Both the position numbers and the translations under genes were made by a program. From Candidatus Omnitrophota bacterium (GTDB lineage: Bacteria; Omnitrophota; Gorgyraeia; Duberdicusellales; 4484-171): a DNA stretch of 64,000 nucleotides. Of this stretch, positions 19,515 to 29,341 are shown in pieces. The notes beneath the pieces are model-generated. The model ran no database searches. It was not told the DNA's origin and saw nothing but the letters and a program-made list of their open reading frames with translations. How positions within the stretch are numbered: the first letter of the stretch is position 1; the number at the start of each line of letters is the position of its first letter. Where the stretch lies: positions 1,615 through 65,614 of the forward strand of contig JAAEQW010000274.1 of assembly GCA_024231025.1 (NCBI GenBank). The letters run 5' to 3'.

Positions 19515-20204
19515 CTAAACATTAAATCTTATTTCGATAATATCGCCGTCCTTAATTATATAGTCTTTACCAACAAGGGCAACCAATCCCTTAGTTTTTG
19601 CCGCCTGCATATTGTGCTCGCCAATAAAATTATCAAAACTTACAATATCGGCTTTAATAAACCCTCTAGCTAAATCGGAATGAATCTTTCCTGCACAACT
19701 AACAATATCGGAGCCTTTATCAACCGGCCACGCTCTAACTTCCTTTTCTCCGGCAGTATAGAAGAAAACTGTTTCTGCTTTTTGAAGTAACTTCTCAACT
19801 ATATCACTTGCTTCTGGTTCATTTTCTTCTATTATTGTTGGTTTTAAGCTGTAAGGGGCGATCATCTTTATGATCGCGCTTTCTTCGGGGGTAAAAACAA
19901 CATCGCAAAGCGGAACTTCTTCTTCTAACTTAGCCATACATTTCTTTATCAGCTCTTTTTCTTGTGCGCTTTCCGTTCTTTGAGAGCGCGTATCAAGCTT
20001 ATCCATATCAAGAATGAATAAATCCAAGGTTTTCTCGCGAGATAAAACTATGCCGTCACTTTTTTCGAAATCCCCTTTGATAAATTCAACAAAAAAAGGC
20101 GTAACTTTTTTAGGCGAAAATTTATCAGCCAAAGCCTTCAATCTCTCATCGTTGTACTTAACTTTTCCCTCTAATAAATCAAACCCTAAAAAACTTATTT
20201 TCAT
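19515..20204 (-). CDS. YchF-like protein that retains the helical and TGS C-terminal domains but lacks GTPase motifs.
   Basis: The C-terminus AGEKEVRAWPV...AGKIHSDLARGFIKADIVSFDNFI...GKDYIIKDGDIIEIRFNV matches the YchF TGS region. The N-terminus GFDLLEGKV replaces the P-loop GLPNVGKST. Confidence 0.6.
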   Translation of the reverse strand: MKISFLGFDLLEGKVKYNDERLKALADKFSPKKVTPFFVEFIKGDFEKSDGIVLSREKTLDLFILDMDKLDTRSQRTESAQEKELIKKCMAKLEEEVPLCDVVFTPEESAIIKMIAPYSLKPTIIEENEPEASDIVEKLLQKAETVFFYTAGEKEVRAWPVDKGSDIVSCAGKIHSDLARGFIKADIVSFDNFIGEHNMQAAKTKGLVALVGKDYIIKDGDIIEIRFNV

Positions 20205-20252
20205 TAGAAACTAGCCTTTCTGTTTATCGCACTTATTGTGCTAATTGTAATG

Positions 20253-20936
20253 TTATCCCGCATCTTGCTTCTTTTTGCTAAATTTCCCTTTCATAATAAA
20301 AACCACAATACAAGCAAAAACAGTATATAAAAAATACCAGGTAAAGACAAGCGGATTATTTAAAAAATACTCTGTCATTTTTTCTATAGATAGCGACTTT
20401 ACCGATGCCAGCGGGTATTGAATCCAGAAAATTCTCGGCGGTGAGGCCAAAAGAACTATCAGAAAATATTTTCTAAATCGCACCTTGCTTAAACCAAAAC
20501 TAAGGTCCAAAACTCTATAGGGGATAAAAGGAATGGCGCGAAGCAAAAACATCCAACCAAAACTGAAATCCTCCAGCTTCTCATAAAACCCTTTAAACCG
20601 ACCTCTTAATGATTTTTCTACAAAATCCTTGCCTAAAAATTTGCTTACATTAAAAAATAGATAAGCATTAATAATTTCCGCAACATAAATAAGCGCAGTG
20701 CTAAGAAAAGCACCAAACACTATTGCGCCCACAACTTTTAATGGATCCTTTAAATACCAGATCAAAAAAGTACCAACAACATAAATAAAAATAAAAGCAA
20801 GACATGCCCAACCAATCGGCACCTTATCAAGGAAATCATCAATTTTCGCGGCGTCAATAGAAAAGTACTTCCCCAATCCAAAGAGAACGGCTAACAGTCC
20901 AATAAATATGATAAATCGAAATTGTGGTTTTTTCAT
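20253..20936 (-). CDS. TVP38/TMEM64 (DedA-like) family membrane protein.
   Basis: Multi-TM protein with a conserved core resembling the SNARE-associated/DedA family. Confidence 0.55.
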   Translation of the reverse strand: MKKPQFRFIIFIGLLAVLFGLGKYFSIDAAKIDDFLDKVPIGWACLAFIFIYVVGTFLIWYLKDPLKVVGAIVFGAFLSTALIYVAEIINAYLFFNVSKFLGKDFVEKSLRGRFKGFYEKLEDFSFGWMFLLRAIPFIPYRVLDLSFGLSKVRFRKYFLIVLLASPPRIFWIQYPLASVKSLSIEKMTEYFLNNPLVFTWYFLYTVFACIVVFIMKGKFSKKKQDAG

Positions 20937-20942
20937 TTTGCC

Positions 20943-21980
20943 CTAACGAAAAGACACCGGTAGCGTCCCTCTACTTAGTTGACCGCAGGCGGCTTTGATG
21001 TCCCGGCCCTTAGGCTTTCTTACTGTAAAGAAAACTCCCTGCTTTTTTAGTTCTTCACTGAAAGAAAAGACTTCCTTTTCCGTTGGAGGCCTTAAATCCG
21101 CACCGCACTCGTTATATGGAATTAAATTGACTTTACACTTTATTCCTCGCAATAATCTGGCAAGCTTTAAAGCATGTCCTCTTGCGGTATTTAGGCCTGC
21201 GATTAATACATACTCAAAGGTAATTTCTTGTTTTTGGTTTTGTTGAAAACGGTTCAGTGAATTGAACAATACTCTTAAAGGGTACCTTTTATTAATCGGC
21301 ATAATTTTGCTACGGGTAATATCATCGGCTGCATGCAAAGATACAGAAAGCTTAATGCCCAAATCTAATTTAGCTAGCCTTTCTATTTCGCGAGTGAGTC
21401 CGCAGGTAGAAATAGAAATTCTTCTTTTGGAAAATCCAAATCCTTTAGGATTAATTAAAAGTCGAATTGCCTTAATAGTGTTTATAAAATTGTCTAGCGG
21501 CTCTCCAACGCCCATAAACACAATATTTGTAATTTTACTTGCCCCGGCCAAATCCACTACTGCCAAATATTGATTGATAATCTCTGCGCAAGATAAATTG
21601 CGCTTGAAACCACCTTTGCCGCTAAAGCAAAATTTACAGCCAAATTTGCAACCAACCTGACTCGATACGCAAAAAGTTAAACGCCTACCTTCAGGAATTA
21701 ATGCCGCCTCAACAAAATTATTATCGGCTAAAGCAAACAATAATTTTTCCGTTCCGTCTTTAGATACCTCTCTTTTTTTTAGTTCAATCTTTGAAAGGAA
21801 AAAGTTTTTCGCCAAAATCTGGCGAGTTTTTTTTGCTAAATTGCTCATTTGATCAAACTCTTCAACCCTTTTTTGATATAACCAAGAAAATATCTGAGAT
21901 CCACAATAGGAGGGAAGGTTGTTTTCTTTTAAAAAACCTTCAAACTTTTTGAGAGTGTAATTTTTGATATCTTGCTTCAT
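20943..21980 (-). CDS. rlmN: 23S rRNA (adenine2503-C2)-methyltransferase RlmN (radical SAM).
   Basis: CxxxCxxC motif (GCKFGCKFC) and N-terminal sequence typical of RlmN. Confidence 0.85.
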   Translation of the reverse strand: MKQDIKNYTLKKFEGFLKENNLPSYCGSQIFSWLYQKRVEEFDQMSNLAKKTRQILAKNFFLSKIELKKREVSKDGTEKLLFALADNNFVEAALIPEGRRLTFCVSSQVGCKFGCKFCFSGKGGFKRNLSCAEIINQYLAVVDLAGASKITNIVFMGVGEPLDNFINTIKAIRLLINPKGFGFSKRRISISTCGLTREIERLAKLDLGIKLSVSLHAADDITRSKIMPINKRYPLRVLFNSLNRFQQNQKQEITFEYVLIAGLNTARGHALKLARLLRGIKCKVNLIPYNECGADLRPPTEKEVFSFSEELKKQGVFFTVRKPKGRDIKAACGQLSRGTLPVSFR

Positions 21981-22088
21981 TGCACTAACATTATAGTCGC
22001 CTGTCTCCTTTTAAACAAGAAAAAATGACTACAGGCGCTGCGTTTCAAAATCCTTTTATTTTCCTCTGATTTATACTATAATCTACTG

Positions 22089-22865
22089 ATGCCTGAATAT
22101 AACTACCAAATACATTCCAACATTAAAAACATTGCCCCCATTTTGAATGAGCTTGAGGCTAAGTGGAAAGGCTTTGGGATAGATGAAAAAATTATATTTC
22201 AGCTGCGCTTGTCGACTGAGGAATTGATCGTCAATGCCATAAAGCACGGCAACAAGTCTTGCGAAGAGTTATTGATAAAAATAGTTTGTCGTATTTTCGC
22301 TGATAAAATTGAATTAGAAATTGTCGACAAAGGCAGTGGCTTTGACCATGCAAGCTTGCCTAATCCGACTGCAAAAGAAAATTTAGAAAAAAGAAGTGGG
22401 CGAGGCGTTTTTCTTGTAAAACAATTTATGGATAAAATAGAGTTTCTTGAAGGTGGCCGACGAATAAAAATAATTAAAATCACAGACATCCGCGATATTA
22501 GCAATACCGCTGAAATGCCAAAGGAGGGAAAAATGATTATATCGAAAGAAGTTACAGGCAACATCACTATATGTAAAATTGACGGTGAAATAAATATTGA
22601 TAATTCTTACGAACTACGCAAAACCTTTGAGGATCTAACAAAAGAAGGAAGCAGAAAAGTAATTGTTAACTTCTCCGCTTTAAACTACATTGACAGCTCC
22701 GGCCTTGCAACATTAATTGAAATGTTTCAACGTCTTAAAAAGATCGATGGCGCTCTTCGAATATGTTCACTAAATGACAAGGTGAAAAGCGTATTCGAAA
22801 TAACTAAACTAAATACTCTTTTCCCGGTTTATGATAGTTTAGAAAGTGCTCAGGAGGGCTTTTAA
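22089..22865 (+). CDS. Fusion protein: RsbW/SpoIIAB-type serine kinase (GHKL ATPase) fused to a STAS (anti-sigma-antagonist, MlaB-like) domain.
   Basis: N-box EELIVNAIKHGN and G-boxes DKGSGF/GRGVFLV. The C-terminal STAS domain carries the phosphorylatable-serine motif YIDSSGLATL. The stop codon overlaps the mlaE ATG. Confidence 0.75.
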   Translation: MPEYNYQIHSNIKNIAPILNELEAKWKGFGIDEKIIFQLRLSTEELIVNAIKHGNKSCEELLIKIVCRIFADKIELEIVDKGSGFDHASLPNPTAKENLEKRSGRGVFLVKQFMDKIEFLEGGRRIKIIKITDIRDISNTAEMPKEGKMIISKEVTGNITICKIDGEINIDNSYELRKTFEDLTKEGSRKVIVNFSALNYIDSSGLATLIEMFQRLKKIDGALRICSLNDKVKSVFEITKLNTLFPVYDSLESAQEGF

Positions 22866-23653
22866 TGGTCTCTGGAATTGGCGCTTTTACAATTTCCTGC
22901 CTTAAAGAAACAGCGCAGGTACTAAAGCTTCTTCGAGAAATCCTCTACTGGATATTTATTGCTCCTTTTAAAGGTAAACCGCTAAAGATAAAATTAATCT
23001 TTGATCAAATGATTTTTTCTGGTTGGCATTCTACGCTCATCGTTTTTTTCGTAACTATGTTTACCGGTATAGTTCTTGCGATGCAAGCTGCTTACCAACT
23101 AGAAAAAATGGGTGCTTTAATGTATGTTGCTTCTCTTGTCGCTGTATCGCTATGCCGCGAGTTGAGCCCAGTTTTAACCGCGCTTGTTGTTGGAGGGCGT
23201 GTTGGTTCTGCAATCGCAGCTGAACTGGGCACAATGAAAGTAAGTGAGCAAATTGAGGCCTTAGAAACGATGGCGATAAACCCGGTAAAATTTTTGGCAG
23301 TTCCGCGCTTTATTGCGCTATTTTTTATGCTTCCGGTATTAACAATTTTTGGAGACGCAGCCGGAATCTTTGGCGGATATTTAATGGGTGTTCACAGTTT
23401 AAAAATTAACCCTGCCCTATACACACAAATCACTTTCAAATTCTTATTGCTGAAAGATATCTACACTGGACTTGCAAAATCATTCGTATTCGCAATGATT
23501 ATCGCTTTAATCGGTTGTCGACAAGGGCTTAATACCCGAGGCGGCGCAGAAGGTGTTGGAAAAGCCACCACCAATAGTGTAGTATTAAGTTTTATCTTCA
23601 TTATTCTGGCAGATTGCATAATTACAGGCATTTTTTATTTCTCAAACATGTAA
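22865..23653 (+). CDS. mlaE: Phospholipid ABC transporter permease MlaE.
   Basis: Residues VGGRVGSAIAAELGTMKVSEQIEALETMAINP are typical of MlaE. Confidence 0.85.
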   Translation: MVSGIGAFTISCLKETAQVLKLLREILYWIFIAPFKGKPLKIKLIFDQMIFSGWHSTLIVFFVTMFTGIVLAMQAAYQLEKMGALMYVASLVAVSLCRELSPVLTALVVGGRVGSAIAAELGTMKVSEQIEALETMAINPVKFLAVPRFIALFFMLPVLTIFGDAAGIFGGYLMGVHSLKINPALYTQITFKFLLLKDIYTGLAKSFVFAMIIALIGCRQGLNTRGGAEGVGKATTNSVVLSFIFIILADCIITGIFYFSNM

Positions 23654-24439
23654 ATGGAAAAAGATATTATAATTTCATTAAACGGAATAAACAAAACTTT
23701 TGGCAATCGTCATATCCTAAAAAATATCTCTTTAGATATTTATAAAGGTGAGACTTTCGTAATCATGGGGTGTTCCGGATCAGGAAAAAGCACGCTTTTG
23801 CGCACCATAACCGGCGCAATAAAACCCGATACCGGCAAACTACATATCAAAAATAAAAACATTTTGGAATTAAATAACCACGAGTTTGACAAAATTCGCC
23901 GCGATTTTGGAATGCTTTTTCAATATTCTGCACTATTAGATTCACTAACGATTGAGGAGAATGTTGCATTGCCAATCAGAGAGCACACTAAATTGGCTGA
24001 TGAAATTATTAAAATCATAGTAAAACTTAAACTATCTTTAACTGGATTAAAAAATTTTGAGCATCACCATCCTTCTGAAATATCCGGAGGAATGCGCAAA
24101 AGAGTAGGCCTTGCCCGTGCGATCGCTCTTGATCCGGATATAGTTTTTTATGATGAACCAACTTCTGGACTTGATCCGATAGTAGCAGCGGTTATTGACA
24201 AGCTGATTAAAGATCTCAGTAAAAAATTACTGATTACTTCGGTAGTTGTAACCCATGACATGCAAAGTGTATTTAAAATAGCTGACCGAATAGCTATGAT
24301 CCATCAGGGTGAAGTAATTGCAATTGGAACACCGAGTGAAATACAAAAGTCAAATAACGCGCTGGTTCAACAATTCATCAACGGTCAAGTTCAAGGTCCA
24401 ATAGATTTTTTCAAAAACACAGAACTATTTAAAATATAG
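23654..24439 (+). CDS. mlaF: Phospholipid ABC transporter ATP-binding protein MlaF.
   Basis: Walker A motif GCSGSGKST, signature SGGMRKR and Walker B motif VFYDEP. Confidence 0.85.
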   Translation: MEKDIIISLNGINKTFGNRHILKNISLDIYKGETFVIMGCSGSGKSTLLRTITGAIKPDTGKLHIKNKNILELNNHEFDKIRRDFGMLFQYSALLDSLTIEENVALPIREHTKLADEIIKIIVKLKLSLTGLKNFEHHHPSEISGGMRKRVGLARAIALDPDIVFYDEPTSGLDPIVAAVIDKLIKDLSKKLLITSVVVTHDMQSVFKIADRIAMIHQGEVIAIGTPSEIQKSNNALVQQFINGQVQGPIDFFKNTELFKI

Positions 24440-24458
24440 TGCAGGGAGGTTAAATAAA

Positions 24459-25109
24459 ATGAAGAAATATGGCAACGAATTTAAAATTGGAATTATTGTT
24501 TGTGTCGCCTTGCTGGTGCTCGGCTACATGACGATAAAAGCCGGAGATTTTTCTTTTAAAACGGAGGGCTATCATGTTTATGTGTCTTTTGATGATGTCG
24601 CAGGATTAGAAAAAAATGCCCCAGTGCGATTGCGAGGAGTTGAAGTAGGAAACGTAGAGGACATTGGATTAAACTACGACAATCATTGCACAAAAATCTT
24701 ATTAACGCTTTGGATTGATGCAAAATTCAAAATAAGAGGCGCGCCAATCGCATATATTCGCTCCTTGGGATTAATGGGAGAAAAATATATTCAGCTTATA
24801 GACGAAAAAAATAGCGACACTTTCTTAAAACCCGCCACAATTGTGAGCGGAAAAACACCAGGAGATTTCGAAAAACTTATGGATTCCGCTGAAGTAATCG
24901 CAAAAAATACCAATGAATTAATTTTAGAAGCAAGATCTGTTGCTCAAAATATAAACCTCTTATTAACGAATAATGAAAAGACCATCACCAAAACAGTACA
25001 GCACCTCGAAAGTGCTTCCTGCAACTTTAATGAATTCAGCGAAGATTTAAGGCGTAACCCCTGGAAATTGCTTTTTAAAGCCAAAGAAAAGAAAAAAAAT
25101 GAAAAATAA
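24459..25109 (+). CDS. mlaD: MCE-domain protein MlaD.
   Basis: N-terminal TM anchor followed by an MCE domain. Confidence 0.8.
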   Translation: MKKYGNEFKIGIIVCVALLVLGYMTIKAGDFSFKTEGYHVYVSFDDVAGLEKNAPVRLRGVEVGNVEDIGLNYDNHCTKILLTLWIDAKFKIRGAPIAYIRSLGLMGEKYIQLIDEKNSDTFLKPATIVSGKTPGDFEKLMDSAEVIAKNTNELILEARSVAQNINLLLTNNEKTITKTVQHLESASCNFNEFSEDLRRNPWKLLFKAKEKKKNEK

Positions 25110-26367
25110 ACATAATCTATCTCCAACTTTCATAGATGCCTCTTCTTTACTGGTATCCACCTTGGACGCTAAAGAAATTCTCCCTAGAGCAATGGAGATA
25201 ATCAAGGATCTTCTTGGTTGCGAAACCGCAAGTATAATGCTGGTTAATCAAAGAGAAAAAAAATTAACCTTTGAAGTTGCCTTAGGAGAAAAAGGTGAGG
25301 CAATCAAGCAAATCAGCCTTCCCCTTGGAAAAGGCATTGCCGGTAAGGTCGCATTATCCCAAAAACCAAAACTAGTTAAAAATGTTGAAAAATGTGCCGA
25401 GTTTGATAAAAGCTTTGATGAGAAAAGCGGCTTCCAGACCAAAAGCATTCTTTGTGTGCCAATAATATTTAAGGGTATAACTATCGGTGTTGCCCAAGCT
25501 ATAAACCCGTGTAAAAAAAATACCTTTGACGAGAATGACCTATATCTTCTCTCGTTATTTTGCAACCAAGTTGCTCTCGCAATTGAAAGTGCACGCCTTC
25601 ACGAGCGTATTCTTACTCAACGCCACCTTGAAGACGAATTAAATTTCGCCCGAACAATCCAACAAAGCTTTCTACCTCAAGATTTTCCTGAGACTAAGCA
25701 ATTCGCCTTCTACGGGATGAACGCGCCAGCGCGTAAGGTTGGCGGTGATTTCTATGATTTTTTCGTTCTAGATGAAGATCGAATCGGATTTACTATCGGA
25801 GACGTATCCGGTAAAGGAATACCGGCCGCTTTATTTATGGCAAAAATTTTAAGCCAGATTAAAATTATTTCTCAGAAAAAAAATAATTTGTTAAATCCGG
25901 CTATGGTTTTAGAAGAGCTTAACTCGTCTCTTCTAGAACGCCATTCTGATAACATGTTCGTTACTTTAATTTATGGCATATTCTCGCCAAAGAAAAAAAC
26001 AATAACTTTAGCCAGCGCTGCGCATCCCTATCCATTTCTTTACAGCAACAAGCAGAGCAAATGGGAAAACCTGCATATCAACAATGGCCTACCGCTAGGA
26101 GTAGTTAATGACACGCGATACACCTCGCAAGAAATAAAATTAGCCGATGAAGATATTTTGGTATTTTTTACTGACGGGATACTGGAAGCAGACAACGCCC
26201 AGGGAAACCCTTTTATCCCTTATATATTTTCCCAAATATCTGCACAAGGCTGCATTCGAACACTTGCCAAAACTATACTGACGGAATTAAAGGATTTTGT
26301 AACTTCTTCACATTCATTTGATGATGTAACTCTTCTTATAATCAAGTGCAAAGGCCAAAGCAGTTAA
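25099..26367 (+). CDS. GAF-domain PP2C-type serine phosphatase (RsbU/SpoIIE family).
   Basis: N-terminal GAF domain and C-terminal PP2C motifs GDFYDF, DVSGKGIPAALFMA and FTDGILEA. The gene overlaps the mlaD end by 11 nt. Confidence 0.8.
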   Translation: MKNKHNLSPTFIDASSLLVSTLDAKEILPRAMEIIKDLLGCETASIMLVNQREKKLTFEVALGEKGEAIKQISLPLGKGIAGKVALSQKPKLVKNVEKCAEFDKSFDEKSGFQTKSILCVPIIFKGITIGVAQAINPCKKNTFDENDLYLLSLFCNQVALAIESARLHERILTQRHLEDELNFARTIQQSFLPQDFPETKQFAFYGMNAPARKVGGDFYDFFVLDEDRIGFTIGDVSGKGIPAALFMAKILSQIKIISQKKNNLLNPAMVLEELNSSLLERHSDNMFVTLIYGIFSPKKKTITLASAAHPYPFLYSNKQSKWENLHINNGLPLGVVNDTRYTSQEIKLADEDILVFFTDGILEADNAQGNPFIPYIFSQISAQGCIRTLAKTILTELKDFVTSSHSFDDVTLLIIKCKGQSS

Positions 26368-26891
26368 ACATTCTGCCCAGACTTAACAGAAAAGATTACA
26401 TCTTTAAGGAAAGCTTTCTCAGCTAAAGCTAGCTTGTAATGATGATCTAACAAAAGAGTTAGGTTGCGGGGTGATCTTTTTAGCTCTTCTTTTTTTTCTA
26501 TCAACCATTCTTTTACTTTTTCTAAAAAACGTAGACGCAAACGCAAAAGAGGCATAATTTCTTTTTTATCTAAAAAGGGTAAAAAATATAACGCTATGTC
26601 CAGCTCAATAAATGGCCGCCGCTGAGAAAGAAAAGCCTGCTTGCAAAGACTTAAGAAGATTTTTTCTCCTTTTGGCGTAATCGAATAAAGATATTTTTTT
26701 ATATGCTTGGAACTTTTTGGCTCCTTCTTTTTGATTAACCCTTCTTTTTCCATCTTTCGCAACGGATAATATATAGATTGGGTTTCTGGTTTAGAAAAAA
26801 TACCCAGCTCTTGACTGATAAATTTCTTAATATCGTACCCGGAAGAGGGGTTCTTCTTTAAAAGACCTAGGATTATGAGATTTTGAATCAT
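26364..26891 (-). CDS. PadR family transcriptional regulator.
   Basis: SGYDIKKFI...YYPLRKMEKEGLI winged-helix motif. Confidence 0.6.
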   Translation of the reverse strand: MIQNLIILGLLKKNPSSGYDIKKFISQELGIFSKPETQSIYYPLRKMEKEGLIKKKEPKSSKHIKKYLYSITPKGEKIFLSLCKQAFLSQRRPFIELDIALYFLPFLDKKEIMPLLRLRLRFLEKVKEWLIEKKEELKRSPRNLTLLLDHHYKLALAEKAFLKDVIFSVKSGQNV

Positions 26892-27841
26892 TCTTGGAAA
26901 ACGCCCATTTTTCTAAATTTTTCATACCGCTGAGTGAGCATGTCTTCTGTGGATAACGATGAAACTTCATCTAAACTTTTAATTAAAGCTTTTTTCAAAT
27001 TATCAGCAGTTAATTCATAGTCACGATGAGCACCGCCTTGTGGTTCAGACACAACGCCATCAATAATGCCGAGTTTTAACAAATCAGAACCGGTAAGTTT
27101 TAGAACTTTTGCAGCTTCCTCTCTCATGGACGCATCTTTCCAAAGAATGGCCGCACACCCTTCCGGTGAAATAACTGAATAATACGCATACTCCATAAGC
27201 ATAACCCGATCACCTACGCCAATACCCAAAGCACCACCAGAACCCCCTTCGCCAATTATTGTAACAATTATCGGCGATTTTAAGGCAAACATATCTCTTA
27301 TGTTTTCGGCAATCGCCTGAGCCTGGCCTCTTTCTTCAGCGCCAATTCCAGGATATGCGCCAGGAGTATCAACCAAGCAAATGATCGGCATACCAAAACG
27401 CTCTCCCAACTGCATAATCCTCATTGCCTTACGATATCCCTCTGGATGGGCACAGCCAAAATTTCTTTCAATATTCTCTTTAGTGTCTCTACCCTTTTGA
27501 TGGCCAATAACAACAACTTTTCTACCATCAAGCTTGGCAAAACCACAGATAATGGCCTTATCATCGCCATAAAGTCTATCTCCATGCAAAAACACAAAAT
27601 CATCAGTGATTATATCTATATAGTCCTGTGTTGTTGGGCGCTTAGGATGACGAGAAATCTGAATTCTTTGCCAAGGAGTCAGCTTGGAATACACTTCTTT
27701 TTTTAGAATACTTAGCTTCTTATCTAAATTTTTTATTTCCGCAGAAAGATTAACACCTTTATCGCTAGAAAATTTTTTTAATTCTTCTATCTTATCTTCT
27801 AGCTCCACAACTGGTTTTTCAAAATCCCAACCTTGCATCAT
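26888..27841 (-). CDS. accA: Acetyl-CoA carboxylase carboxyltransferase alpha subunit.
   Basis: Full-length match to the AccA pattern (FEKPVVELE...GGSGGALGIGVGDRV). Confidence 0.9.
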   Translation of the reverse strand: MMQGWDFEKPVVELEDKIEELKKFSSDKGVNLSAEIKNLDKKLSILKKEVYSKLTPWQRIQISRHPKRPTTQDYIDIITDDFVFLHGDRLYGDDKAIICGFAKLDGRKVVVIGHQKGRDTKENIERNFGCAHPEGYRKAMRIMQLGERFGMPIICLVDTPGAYPGIGAEERGQAQAIAENIRDMFALKSPIIVTIIGEGGSGGALGIGVGDRVMLMEYAYYSVISPEGCAAILWKDASMREEAAKVLKLTGSDLLKLGIIDGVVSEPQGGAHRDYELTADNLKKALIKSLDEVSSLSTEDMLTQRYEKFRKMGVFQE

Positions 27842-27843
27842 AG

Positions 27844-28644
27844 TTAATCCACTACCGTTGCTTCTGTCCCTATTGGAACAATGTCATATAATTCTTCTAC
27901 TTCATCGTTGCGCATCCGCACACACCCCAAGGTAACTTGCTGCCCCAACATTTCTGGCTCTGTTGTGCCATGTATTCCATAACCTTTAATATCAAACCCG
28001 AGCCAACGCGAACCTAAAATATTTTCCGGACTATCCGGAGGAATAACCGCACCCGTTTTAAACCAAGTCGGACGAGAAAGTTTATTAACAATCTTGAAAG
28101 TTCCTATCGGGGTGCTATTGTTTTTTCCAGTTGATATAATATATGTTTTTATTACCTCTCCATCGCGTTTAAGAAAAAGTAAATTTTGCGACTTATCCAC
28201 CGCAACAGAAAAAGTTGAAGTTATCACTTTTAGTTTTTGTCCCGGTTTAATTATGTCGGATTCTAAGTGGTTTACTCTTTTGATCAACCCCACAGTTGTT
28301 CCATATTTTCTGGCAATTTTCGACAAGGCATCGTTAGGCCTAACAACATATTCTGTGCTTGCTTCGCCAACATTAGCCGAAAAAAGAAGCTGCATATTGA
28401 TTTCTTCTATTTTATTCTGCGCGTCTTTAAACTTTTTCGGATCGTTGATTTTTTCCAAAGCATTTTTATACATATCTTTTGCATCTGTGAGATTCCCCTC
28501 GGCAAGTTGATCGTCTGCTTTTTTTAATGAAAAACTCTTACGCACCGATGCTGACTTTTCGGTTTTTGACCCTCTAGACAATAAAACAACTACACCGACT
28601 AAAACCACAACTCCAATAATAATAAATATCTGTTGTTTTTTCAT
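27844..28644 (-). CDS. LysM-domain L,D-transpeptidase (YkuD family).
   Basis: Signal/TM segment, a LysM domain (YVVRPNDALSKIARKYG) and a catalytic HG...GCVRM motif. Confidence 0.8.
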   Translation of the reverse strand: MKKQQIFIIIGVVVLVGVVVLLSRGSKTEKSASVRKSFSLKKADDQLAEGNLTDAKDMYKNALEKINDPKKFKDAQNKIEEINMQLLFSANVGEASTEYVVRPNDALSKIARKYGTTVGLIKRVNHLESDIIKPGQKLKVITSTFSVAVDKSQNLLFLKRDGEVIKTYIISTGKNNSTPIGTFKIVNKLSRPTWFKTGAVIPPDSPENILGSRWLGFDIKGYGIHGTTEPEMLGQQVTLGCVRMRNDEVEELYDIVPIGTEATVVD

Positions 28645-28690
28645 GACAGCTCCTTGTTTACTCTGTTAAAGCCTAACGGTCTAACGGAGT

Positions 28691-29146
28691 TTATCTATAA
28701 AACATCATCGGAATGATTACTCCAATCAAAGCTCCAACAAAAACCTCAACGGGAGTATGCCCCACAAGCTCTTTGAGCTTGGTATCTTCGATTGCCCGAC
28801 CTTCCTGAATATCATCCATTATTCTATTAAGAATTTTTGCCTGCACTCCTATGGAACGACGCCAAGTTTGCGCATCAAACATAGTTACTAGAGCAAAAAT
28901 GCAAGCTAAAGCAAAAAATGGCGAAGAAAATCCAAGTTCTGCACCAAGACAAACAGCTAAGGCCGTTACAGCCGAACTATGAGAAGAGGGCATCCCTCCT
29001 GTGCCTAAAAGCCAAGAAAAATTAAACCTTTTTTCTTTAATGACCCCTCGAACAATCTTAGCACCTTGAGCAATCACCCAACTCAAAAATGAAACCCAAA
29101 TAACCTTATTTTTAAATATTTCCGACCAAAAATCACTCATATTCAC
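28691..29146 (-). CDS. Divergent PAP2 (DUF212) family membrane protein.
   Basis: GGMPSSHSSAVTAL motif. Confidence 0.55.
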   Translation of the reverse strand: MNMSDFWSEIFKNKVIWVSFLSWVIAQGAKIVRGVIKEKRFNFSWLLGTGGMPSSHSSAVTALAVCLGAELGFSSPFFALACIFALVTMFDAQTWRRSIGVQAKILNRIMDDIQEGRAIEDTKLKELVGHTPVEVFVGALIGVIIPMMFYR

Positions 29147-29341
29147 CTATTATTTCGAATAAACGGGATAATTAGCTACCATTATAAGGAAAAAAGGTAG
29201 TTTGGCAATAAAATACTTTACCCCCTGTTGCAAAATGATCCCAGCACCTGATTCCAATCACTGTGATCTTTCCCTAATCCCCGTAATCAGGGACTGTTGT
29301 ATTTTACAACAGTCCCTGTGTTATCACAAACAAAAAAAATG

